DNA from: Candidatus Kaiserbacteria bacterium RIFOXYD1_FULL_42_15
GTDB taxonomy: Bacteria > Patescibacteriota > Minisyncoccia > Phycocordibacterales > UBA918
Assembly (NCBI GenBank): GCA_001783565.1
Contig: MFMT01000023.1
Coordinates: 1 to 42,512, forward strand
Length of the DNA: 42,512 bases
Reading direction: 5' to 3'
The notes beneath the pieces are model-generated. The model made no database searches, was not told the DNA's origin, and was given only the letters and a program-made list of their open reading frames with translations. The translations under genes and the position numbers were made by a program. Of the stretch, positions 35,080-42,476 are shown one piece after another (position 1 is the stretch's first letter; every line of letters starts with the position of its first letter).

Positions 35080-35238
35080 ATGGATACAAAATCTAAAATA
35101 TTAATTGTTCTGTTGGTAATTCTGATAGTACTTTCCGTCTCAGCTACGTACTATAGGTTTTTTGTTTTCAAAGATTACGAAACATTCTTTGATAATTATG
35201 ATGAAGAGGCACTAGATAGCACAACACTAGGAGAATAA
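35080..35238 (+). CDS. small single-pass membrane protein
   Basis: The ATG at 35080 gives 52 aa: MDTKSKILIVLLVILIVLSVSATYYRFF... with an acidic tail. It fits tightly between flanking genes. Confidence 0.35.
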   Translation: MDTKSKILIVLLVILIVLSVSATYYRFFVFKDYETFFDNYDEEALDSTTLGE

Positions 35239-35244
35239 TTTTAC

Positions 35245-35778
35245 ATGCAAATTTCTTGGTTCAATAAAAAGCTCGAGACGCGAAAATCACCGATTTCTGG
35301 AACTGGGGTTTTCGCGAAAAAACAAATCGCAAGAGGAGAGACGGTAGCAGTCTTTGGTGGCTTTGTCGTTGACGTAGATACTCTAAAAAAAAATAAGACT
35401 ACATGCCCGAAAGAGTATAAGACGATTTTAGAAATTGGATATCAAATTACAGATAATTTAATTTATGCACCAACTACAAAGGCACAGTTTTCAGTTATTG
35501 AGTACCTTAATCATAACTGTGACCCAAATTGCGGTTTCGAGGATGCAATAACGCTCGTTGCAATGAGAGATATACCTAAAAATACAGAAATAAGCATGGA
35601 CTATGCAATGTGCGTGTCACTCAAGATGTTTGAGATGAAGTGTGAATGTGGGAGTAGTATTTGCAGGGGTTTTGTACATTTTAATGACTGGAAGATCAAA
35701 GAGCTGCAGAAAAAATACAAAAAATTTTTTCAGCCATATATAAGGAAAAAGATTAAGTTGCTTAATGTAAAAAAATGA
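35245..35778 (+). CDS. SET-domain protein-lysine methyltransferase
   Basis: 177 aa. It has SPISGTGVFA, the NH(S/N)C motif YLNHNCDPNC, ISMDY, and a post-SET-like Cys cluster CECGSSICRG. Confidence 0.8.
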   Translation: MQISWFNKKLETRKSPISGTGVFAKKQIARGETVAVFGGFVVDVDTLKKNKTTCPKEYKTILEIGYQITDNLIYAPTTKAQFSVIEYLNHNCDPNCGFEDAITLVAMRDIPKNTEISMDYAMCVSLKMFEMKCECGSSICRGFVHFNDWKIKELQKKYKKFFQPYIRKKIKLLNVKK

Positions 35779-35779
35779 T

Positions 35780-37441
35780 ATGGAACAATTACTCTGTCCA
35801 TGGGACGCACCAAACTGGCTATTTTTTTCAGAAAATGTGCCAAATATGCTTTTTTATTCACACTTTACCGCACTTCTAGCTATTTTCATCATAGGGTCAT
35901 TTCTGTTTTTTAAAGATAGGAAAAACCTTACCGTTCGTATTTTAACAGGTCTTTTTATTTTGTTTTTTGTATGGACAATAATTGACGTTATTATTTGGGC
36001 GACAAACAGGTCGGACTTGGTTTTGTTTTTGTGGGCAATGATTGTACTGATTGAACCAATTATTTATATACTCGCTTTTTACACTTTGTTTAGTTTTTCC
36101 TACAACAAAACACCCGCTTTCATCATCAACCTTTTTGTAACTCTTTTACTTCTTCCTCTTATATTGTTTATACCAACTAATTTGAATCTTAGTGGTATCA
36201 ATTTGTATGACTGTAATGCTATAGAAGGTCCATTAGCCAGTGTTTACACATATTTCCTTGAAATATTGTTTATTTTTGGGATAATATTTGTTGCTACAAA
36301 AAAGATTGTTTCATTAGAAACTCGAAAAGAAAGAGTAAAGATTTTGTTTTTTGCCCTTGGTCTACTAGCGTTCTTGGCTGCTTTTGCTTCTGGAAATATT
36401 ATTGGTAGTGTAACTGGTGATTGGATACTAGCACAGTATGGACTGCTTGGTATGCCAATCTTTGTGGGATTTCTAACCTACCTTATTGTTGAATACAAAA
36501 TCTATAATTTAAATATCCTTGGCGCCCAAGCACTCATTGTAACCCTCTGGTTTTTGATTGGATCACTATTATTTGTTGCGCAATCAATTCAAACCAAAAT
36601 TGTGTCGGGTTTTACACTTTTAGTTGCTGTTGTCTTGGGAATAATTTTGGTTCGTAGTATTAAAAATACTGTCCACCAACGTGAAGAGATTGAAAAACTG
36701 GCGATTAAACTGGAGAAAACTAATGTTCGCCTTAAGATACTTGATAAGCAAAAATCTGAATTCGTTTCCATTGCTAGCCACCAATTACGCAGTCCACTGA
36801 CTTCTATTCGTGGTTATATTTCTATGATGCAAGAGGGAAGTTTTGGGGCTGTGACTGCCAAAATGATTGAACCGCTCCAACGAATCAACGAATCGGCCTC
36901 CATGATGGCTACTTCCATTGAGGATTTTCTCAGTGTATCTCGTATTGAGTCAGGTAATATGAAATATGAATATTCTGACTTTAATCTGCGTGACCAAGCC
37001 GAACATATCGTTGATGACCTGCGACCAGAAGCACTTAAAAAAGGACTATTGCTATTATTCCGCACCGATCTAAACTGCCAAGGAATAGTTAAAGCCGATG
37101 TCGGTAAAATACAACAAATTCTTCATAACCTTATTAACAACTCTCTCAAGTATACACCCAAAGGAACTATTACAGTCTACGTTCACGACGATAAGAAACG
37201 AAAATTATTGTACGTTGAGATAATTGACACTGGCATCGGTATGAGTCAGGTGACAATAGACTCTTTGTTTGAGAAATTCACTCGGGCACAAAATGCCAAC
37301 TCAGTTAATATAAAAGGCACTGGATTAGGACTCTTTATTGCCCGAGAAATGGCTCGGGCTATGAAGGGTGATGTCACTGCTCACTCTGAGGGGGAAGGTA
37401 AGGGTTCTCACTTTATTTTTACTATTCCATTTCAGCAATAA
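35780..37441 (+). CDS. sensor histidine kinase with a polytopic membrane N-terminus
   Basis: 553 aa. About 8 TM helices are followed by the HisKA H-box FVSIASHQLRSPLTSIRGY and HATPase_c N/G boxes (LHNLINNSLKYT, DTGIGM, GTGLGLFIA). No response regulator is present in the window. Confidence 0.9.
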   Translation: MEQLLCPWDAPNWLFFSENVPNMLFYSHFTALLAIFIIGSFLFFKDRKNLTVRILTGLFILFFVWTIIDVIIWATNRSDLVLFLWAMIVLIEPIIYILAFYTLFSFSYNKTPAFIINLFVTLLLLPLILFIPTNLNLSGINLYDCNAIEGPLASVYTYFLEILFIFGIIFVATKKIVSLETRKERVKILFFALGLLAFLAAFASGNIIGSVTGDWILAQYGLLGMPIFVGFLTYLIVEYKIYNLNILGAQALIVTLWFLIGSLLFVAQSIQTKIVSGFTLLVAVVLGIILVRSIKNTVHQREEIEKLAIKLEKTNVRLKILDKQKSEFVSIASHQLRSPLTSIRGYISMMQEGSFGAVTAKMIEPLQRINESASMMATSIEDFLSVSRIESGNMKYEYSDFNLRDQAEHIVDDLRPEALKKGLLLLFRTDLNCQGIVKADVGKIQQILHNLINNSLKYTPKGTITVYVHDDKKRKLLYVEIIDTGIGMSQVTIDSLFEKFTRAQNANSVNIKGTGLGLFIAREMARAMKGDVTAHSEGEGKGSHFIFTIPFQQ

Positions 37442-37477
37442 GTGGCTGATTCTGGTTAAATTTGTTACTATTGGTGC

Positions 37478-38431
37478 ATGAAGACAACAACCATACTCAC
37501 TGGATTACAACCATCTGGTGACCTGCATATTGGGAATTATTTTGGGTCAATCAAACCATTTCTTGATTTATATGACGAACAAAAGGACTCTGCCAAATTT
37601 TATTTAATGGTGGCTGATTATCATGCTTTGACATCGGTACGAGACGGCAGTGCCTTACGTCGCAATATCTACAACATCGTGCGTGATTATTTGGCTACTG
37701 GCGTTGACCCAGAGCACGTGACTTTATTCCGTCAATCAGATAACCCTGACCACATGGAATTGGGATGGATTCTTGACTGCATGGTATCTGTACCATTTTT
37801 AATGCAAGCCCATTCATATAAAGATAAGGTAACAAGGGGTCTCGATGCTAATGCCGGGCTCTTTACCTACCCGATGCTAATGGCGGCCGACATCTTACTT
37901 TACAATACTGACTTAGTACCAGTCGGGGAGGATCAACGCCAACACCTAGAATACACTCGTGAAGCCGTGACGAAATTCAACAACAACTACGGAGAAATAC
38001 TTAAAGAACCCAAGGAAGTTATTCTTAAAAATGTTGGTGTTGTACCGGGAACAGATGGTCAAAAAATGAGCAAGAGCTACGGGAACACTATTCCACTTTT
38101 TGGTACCCGTGAGGAAATTCAAAAAGCCGTGATGAGTATTGTCACCGACTCAACCGGAGACCGTCCTGAAAATGTCTACGCTATTCATTCATTATTCAGA
38201 AGCAAGGGGCAATTGGAGAGCTTGTACTCTGAACATACTGGAAAGTACAAATATCTAAAGGAAGCGTTGATCGAGGACATAGATTCGTTAATCGCACCAA
38301 TGCGCGAAAAACGCAATGACATCAACGATGGCGATATCCGCAAAATACTGGCTGCCGGAGCTGAGAAGGCAAGAGGAATATCGTCAATAACCATGGAGAA
38401 AATCAGGGATGTGATTGGAATTAATATTTAG
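37478..38431 (+). CDS. trpS: tryptophan--tRNA ligase
   Basis: 317 aa. LTGLQPSGDLHIGNYFG (HIGH region), GEDQRQH, KMSKS. Confidence 0.95.
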   Translation: MKTTTILTGLQPSGDLHIGNYFGSIKPFLDLYDEQKDSAKFYLMVADYHALTSVRDGSALRRNIYNIVRDYLATGVDPEHVTLFRQSDNPDHMELGWILDCMVSVPFLMQAHSYKDKVTRGLDANAGLFTYPMLMAADILLYNTDLVPVGEDQRQHLEYTREAVTKFNNNYGEILKEPKEVILKNVGVVPGTDGQKMSKSYGNTIPLFGTREEIQKAVMSIVTDSTGDRPENVYAIHSLFRSKGQLESLYSEHTGKYKYLKEALIEDIDSLIAPMREKRNDINDGDIRKILAAGAEKARGISSITMEKIRDVIGINI

Positions 38432-38493
38432 AAAATCTAGGAATAGATTCAAGTGCTGTGGCCCGCCCCGTTAGAAACTATGTTTCAAACAGG

Positions 38494-38739
38494 GCTCGCA
38501 AAAACGACGTTAACGAAAACGTGGATTGCCACGTTGCGACTCGCAAAGACGACGGTGGGTATGAGATGTTTATTGCGTCGTCTTCGCGAGGAGGGAGCTC
38601 GCAAGCGAGTGACGTGGCGATCCATGGTGGTTTGACGGTGTGGATTGCTTCGTTGCGACTCGCAAAGACGGCGTTGACGAACGACGTGGCAATCCATAAT
38701 GTACGAAAACGTGGATTGCCTAATAACCTCACGAAGACG
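38494..38739. repeat. cluster D of the GTGGATTGC-N-CTCGCAAAGACG family
   Basis: Units are 38521-38551 (+), 38579-38625 (-), 38640-38670 (+) and 38711-38739 (+). Half units lie at 38494-38505 and 38689-38697. Confidence 0.85.
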
Positions 38740-38780
38740 TATTTGATGCGGTCATTAAAAAAATGAGGTACAATATAAAA

Positions 38781-39106
38781 ATGCCACTGAAGCAGCCGAC
38801 ACTGCTGAGGCGAGAGAAGAAAAGTGAGCAAATAAGCGTAGCGATTATTGCGAACTTTGTTCCCGATTTGTCCCTTCTTAAGGCAAATTGCTGGAACGAC
38901 CAGTAACAAAATTCAATACGTTGTCTATTTTCACCTTAGTAGAACTCTCCGGGAGCGCCCGACATCGCGCTAAAAAAGATGCTGTTGGTTAAATAAACTG
39001 TAACCAACAAGCAAGTAGGGTGGTACCGCGCAGTAATCGCAAGATTGCAATCGCCCCTACAAATGTATTATTAGCTTAATATATTTGTAGGGGCGATTTT
39101 GTTTCT
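38781..39106 (+). promoter_or_regulatory. T-box riboswitch leader with intrinsic terminator, controlling aspS
   Basis: The T-box core AGTAGGGTGGTACCGCG lies at 39014-39030. The antiterminator helix GTAGGG/CCCTAC carries a UGGUACC bulge. The Stem III hairpin is TGTTGGTTA..TAACCAACA (about 38983-39009). The terminator is AATCGCCCCTACAAAT..ATTTGTAGGGGCGATT plus TTTGTTT (39049-39106). A candidate Stem I lies at 38836-38971 with GAC-A at 38961-38964. TACAAT sits at 38769-38774. Confidence 0.85.
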
Positions 39107-39137
39107 ACAAAACAATTATTATAAAGTAAATAGAAAT

Positions 39138-40487
39138 ATGACTAGGACATTAATTAGAGAGTTAAAAGAGAATATTGAAAAAGAGATAACCATTAAAGGT
39201 TGGGTGGATGTGGCCAGACTACAGGGCAAAATGGCTTTCTTTGATTTTCGTGATAGAAGTGGAAAAATTCAGGGAGTGGTTTTTGGTAAGCCAGAAGTGC
39301 TGAAAGTGGCCGAAACACTACGACAGGAGTGGGTAGTAGAAGTAAGTGGTGTGGTGCATTCTCGTCCAGAGAAAATGGTAAATACAACTGTTGAAAATGG
39401 CGATATTGAGCTAGAAATTACTAAAATCACTGTCTTGGCACAGGCAGAACCGTTACCGTTTGACATGTCGTTAGAAGGTTATAATTTGGATTTAGCAACC
39501 GAATTGGATCATAGAGCATTGACATTGCGCCACCCAAAACTACAAGCCATATTCAAAGTACAAAGTGTCATAATTGACTCTTTCCGTGAATTTATGAAGA
39601 AAAATGATTTCTTCGAATTTCAGGCGCCATCTATTACTCCAGCAACAGCTGAGGGTGGGGCAGAGGTTTTCCAAGTGAATTACTTTGATAAGAAAGCATA
39701 TCTGACACAATCACCTCAACTTTACAAGCAAATTGTCATGACGGCTTTTGAGCGAGTTTTTTCTGTTAATAAGGTCTTCAGAGCCGAACCAAGTGCTACA
39801 ACACGCCACATTACAGAAATTGTTTCTCTCGACGCAGAAATGGGCTTTATTGATTCCTGGTTGGATGTGCGTGACATGTCCGAAAATACAGTGCGATATA
39901 TTCTTAATGAAGTGGCCGAAAAATGCTCCCCTGAGTTCAAACTCCTTAACACTACTCTACCTACGATTATAGACAAAACTCCAACTTATTCGTTGACTGA
40001 AGCACAAGAACTAATCTTTCAAAAGTCCGGTCGCGATGTGCGTGGAGAAAAGGATTTAAACCCAGAAGATGAACGTACCCTCTGTGACATTATTAAAAAA
40101 GAGACCGATTCGGACTTTGTTTATGTTTATGGATATCCAACGCGTCAAAAACCATTTTACGTTTTTCCAAATCCGGAGAAACCTGAGTTCAACGAAGGAG
40201 TTGATTTGCTTTGTCGAGGAATTGAGTGGCTCTCTGGCGGTCGGCGCATTAACAACTACGCCCAATTATGTGAACATGTAAAGACCTGGGAAATGGATCC
40301 AAACTCCATTACTATGTTCCTGGAAGCATTCAAATATGGCGTACCGCCAGAAGGTGGTTTTGCTTTCGGTGCCGAACGAATGACAATGCAAATTCTTGGT
40401 TTAAAAAATATCCGTGAAGCTACAATGTTTCCTCGCGATATGAATAGAATTGATATGTTGTTGTCTGGTGCAGAAAAAGAAGTTTAA
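39138..40487 (+). CDS. aspS: aspartate--tRNA ligase, archaeal/eukaryotic type (possibly non-discriminating)
   Basis: I prefer the ATG at 39138, because the TTG at 39099 lies inside the terminator stem. About 449 aa. Motifs are TEGGAEVF, YLTQSPQLYKQ and FRAEPSATTRHITE, with class II motif 3 GFAFGAERM. SPQLYKQ argues for AspRS rather than AsnRS. Confidence 0.9.
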   Translation: MTRTLIRELKENIEKEITIKGWVDVARLQGKMAFFDFRDRSGKIQGVVFGKPEVLKVAETLRQEWVVEVSGVVHSRPEKMVNTTVENGDIELEITKITVLAQAEPLPFDMSLEGYNLDLATELDHRALTLRHPKLQAIFKVQSVIIDSFREFMKKNDFFEFQAPSITPATAEGGAEVFQVNYFDKKAYLTQSPQLYKQIVMTAFERVFSVNKVFRAEPSATTRHITEIVSLDAEMGFIDSWLDVRDMSENTVRYILNEVAEKCSPEFKLLNTTLPTIIDKTPTYSLTEAQELIFQKSGRDVRGEKDLNPEDERTLCDIIKKETDSDFVYVYGYPTRQKPFYVFPNPEKPEFNEGVDLLCRGIEWLSGGRRINNYAQLCEHVKTWEMDPNSITMFLEAFKYGVPPEGGFAFGAERMTMQILGLKNIREATMFPRDMNRIDMLLSGAEKEV

Positions 40488-40506
40488 CGGTTGAATAGTT
40501 GATTAT

Positions 40507-40690
40507 GTCGTTGCGAGTCGCAACGTGGCAATCCACAGCGAAGGCAGACGTGGATCGCTTCGTTGCGACTCGCGAAGACGAAGTTGACCGGACGGATATG
40601 GATTGCCACCTGCCGCGCTTCGCTCGCAGCTAAAGGCGCTCGCAAAGACGGACGTGACAGACGTGGATTGCTTCGTGTGCTCGCAAAGAC
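40507..40690. repeat. cluster E of the GTGGATTGC-N-CTCGCAAAGACG family
   Basis: Units are 40507-40536 (-), 40550-40580 (+), 40598-40650 (+, with an internal duplication of the CGCTCGCA arm) and 40663-40690 (+). Confidence 0.85.
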
Positions 40691-40777
40691 TCATGTGGTG
40701 GATGTAGCGATATGCGATCAACCAGCAATACTCATTTCGAAAACTAAATTAAATACCAAACATGATAGAATTACTGT

Positions 40778-41521
40778 ATGAGTTTGACTGCCAACACGTT
40801 TGATTTCTCTATTAAAACCAACGTCTTTGAAGGACCGCTGGAGCTTTTGATTGAGTTGGTGGAAAAGCGCAAGCTACTGATTAATGATATTTCGCTGGCA
40901 GAAGTTACAGACGAATACCTTAACCGCGTGAGTGAGATGCAAGAAATGTCATTACCGAATACCGCCCAGTTTATACAACTCGCTGCGACACTTCTTTTGA
41001 TAAAATCAAAGTCGTTATTACCAGTCCTTGAGCTCACCTCTGAAGAGGAGACGGTTATTGGCGACCTGGAGGAACGACTGAGGATATATCAAGTCTATCG
41101 TACCGGAGGACAGTATTTAGCTAGTGTTTTCGGTCAAGCACCGCTGTATGGACCAAGGTTTGTACCGCCTAAAAATCCCATGTTTGTTACCGATGAATGG
41201 TGTACTATCACAGCTCTACATGAAGCGATGTTAGGTGTGTTGCAGAATCTTCCTAAAAAAGAATTCAAGCCAAAGGTACAAGTAAAGGCAACCATCTCGC
41301 TTGAAGACATGATGATCAGCTTGCAAAAACGAATAGAAAAACACATCAGAACTAAATTCTCCGAACTACGTGCCGAAGCTACAGAACACAAAACTGTGAT
41401 TGTGAGTTTTCTGGCTATTTTGGAGTTATTCAAACAAGGGAATGTATTGGTAACACAACTAGGGCGATACGGTGATATTGAAATTGTGCTAGAGCAGGGA
41501 AGTACGCCGAGGTATTATTGA
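40778..41521 (+). CDS. scpA: segregation and condensation protein A
   Basis: 247 aa. FEGPLELLIELVEKRKLLINDISLAEVTDEYL is the typical ScpA kleisin N-terminus. Confidence 0.9.
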   Translation: MSLTANTFDFSIKTNVFEGPLELLIELVEKRKLLINDISLAEVTDEYLNRVSEMQEMSLPNTAQFIQLAATLLLIKSKSLLPVLELTSEEETVIGDLEERLRIYQVYRTGGQYLASVFGQAPLYGPRFVPPKNPMFVTDEWCTITALHEAMLGVLQNLPKKEFKPKVQVKATISLEDMMISLQKRIEKHIRTKFSELRAEATEHKTVIVSFLAILELFKQGNVLVTQLGRYGDIEIVLEQGSTPRYY

Positions 41522-41612
41522 ATATAAGAAAGAGGATAGGGAAAGGGGAGGGGGTTTAATGGTTGAATAGTTAAATAGTTGCATGGTTGCAAAGTTTAAT
41601 AGTAACGTGGTT

Positions 41613-41878
41613 GTGGACTGCTTCGCGAGCTTGCGGTGACGACTTACTTTCGTCTTTACGAGGAATGGAGCGATAGCGGAATGACGTGGCAATCCATGGT
41701 AATGACGAACGGTGTGGATTGCTTCCTTACAGGAACTGTTCAGGTTGTCACTATTTTTGCAAAATAGCAGGCAACCTCTTGCGAAGCTCCAAGTGTTCGC
41801 TTCTCACGTGCGACTCGCAAAGACGACGAGGAGGGGCGATGGTGAGACGGATTGTTGTGACAGGGTTGGGCAATCCAT
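41613..41878. repeat. cluster F of the GTGGATTGC-N-CTCGCAAAGACG family
   Basis: There is a degenerate unit at 41613-41643. Unit 41651-41697 (-) matches 44 of 47 nt of the reverse complement of unit 6761-6807. Unit 41714-41825 (+) has its arms separated by an ~80-nt insert. Half units lie at 41847-41857 and 41870-41878. Confidence 0.85.
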
Positions 41879-41892
41879 TTTAATAAATATAT

Positions 41893-41938
41893 AAAAAGAA
41901 AAGGCTGTTGCAATGTCGATGAATCGATTGCAACAGCC
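41893..41938 (-). terminator. strong rho-independent terminator on the minus strand
   Basis: A 12-bp stem GGCTGTTGCAAT/ATTGCAACAGCC (41903-41938) is followed on the minus strand by TTTTCTTTTT (41902-41893). Confidence 0.75.
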
Positions 41939-42355
41939 CTGACGGTCAGTTTAAGATTTTTCTCTCGAAGGGAAAACTGCCAACCCCTTGCCACTTTACC
42001 ACCGCCATGCGGTGTCATGTGGCGAATTCATACATCGGAACATTTTCATGTCCCTCTCCCTTTCTCTTTCTTTTCTGATCGTTTTGGCGTTGGGAGAAAC
42101 CCGGTTGGGTTCCCCCCTCAAAAGACCTGAGGTGTCCGTTGCGATTAGGTTGCTAAAGAGCAACTACATCGCATAGTCACCTCGGCCGGCGCCGACGCAT
42201 CAGGTCGATGCGGTCGGCAGAATCACGGCACCCAGGTCGACAAAAAATTCAACACTCATTTGCATCGCCATATACTGCGGCGAGAAGTTGGTTTTCATTT
42301 CAATCCTCCACTTGCTTGAGCTACACCACACGATTGTGATGTTTCTTGCTCAAGT
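41895..42355 (-). ncRNA. candidate ~460-nt structured transcript (unknown RNA, or a carrier of small ORFs) in the scpA-scpB gap
   Basis: It is bounded by the promoter at 42362-42390 and the terminator at 41893-41938. It is a GC-rich island with many local hairpins, a 26-nt purine-only tract, and no ORF of 60 aa or more. Its identity is unknown. Confidence 0.4.
42200..42298 (-). CDS. hypothetical 32-aa peptide with a canonical Shine-Dalgarno
   Basis: GGAGG (complement of 42305-42309) is followed by a 6-nt spacer and ATG. I translated it by hand as MKTNFSPQYMAMQMSVEFFVDLGAVILPTAST. Its GC-rich codons differ from the rest of the window. Coding status is unproven. Confidence 0.3.
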   Translation of the reverse strand: MKTNFSPQYMAMQMSVEFFVDLGAVILPTAST

Positions 42356-42361
42356 CTTAAT

Positions 42362-42390
42362 ATATTATCATACTATACCATAAAAGTCAA
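42362..42390 (-). promoter_or_regulatory. near-consensus extended -10 promoter on the minus strand
   Basis: Read on the minus strand: TTGACT (42390-42385), a 17-nt spacer ending in TGA, then TAATAT (42367-42362). Confidence 0.6.
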
Positions 42391-42476
42391 GCAATTTTGT
42401 TAAAAATTGGCAGTTGTGCACAAAAAGAGCGGAAAAACTTTGTTTTTCAGCCCTAAAACTGTGTTAAAATACCCAC

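Noticed and set aside
35776-35782. Alternative genetic code (UGA recoded as in Gracilibacteria/Absconditabacteria, or code 4).
   Set aside because: TGA clearly terminates the SET gene 1 nt before the next ATG. Long, well-conserved ORFs are intact under the standard code with TAA, TAG and TGA all used as stops.
38494-38739. The possibility that the repeat clusters are small CRISPR arrays.
   Set aside because: Units occur in both orientations within a cluster and spacing is irregular (0-40 nt). Unit length varies (31 or 47 nt or more), there are no unique spacers of constant size, and no cas genes are in the window.
38453-38909. Four overlapping ORFs (60-143 aa, both strands) between trpS and aspS.
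   Set aside because: They overlap one another across repeat cluster D and the T-box leader. Their peptides (WIATLRLAKT, VAIHG, SLRLAKT) are direct translations of the repeat units. They have no independent coding signal.
39099-39137. TTG start at 39099 for aspS, as given by the ORF track.
   Set aside because: It lies inside the 3' arm and U tract of the T-box terminator. The ATG at 39138 gives an N-terminus (MTRTLIRELKE...) that aligns with the usual start of archaeal-type AspRS.
40503-40781. ORFs 40503-40721 (-) and 40563-40781 (+) between aspS and scpA. The same applies to 13181-13393 (+) and 41686-42018 (three ORFs) at other clusters.
   Set aside because: The reasoning is the same: they translate repeat clusters C, E and F, overlap each other on opposite strands, and share the repeat-derived peptide motifs.
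41895-42355. Identification of the GC-rich minus-strand transcript as tmRNA, RNase P RNA, SRP RNA, 6S RNA or a TPP, cobalamin or SAM riboswitch.
   Set aside because: By eye I found none of their hallmarks. There is no GGAAAGTCCGGGC-like P4 strand, no tRNA-like 3' end with T-loop and CCA, no ..ALAA-type tag frame, no SRP GGAA/AGCA domain IV motif, no CTGAGA or B12 box. This check was by eye only and needs cmsearch.
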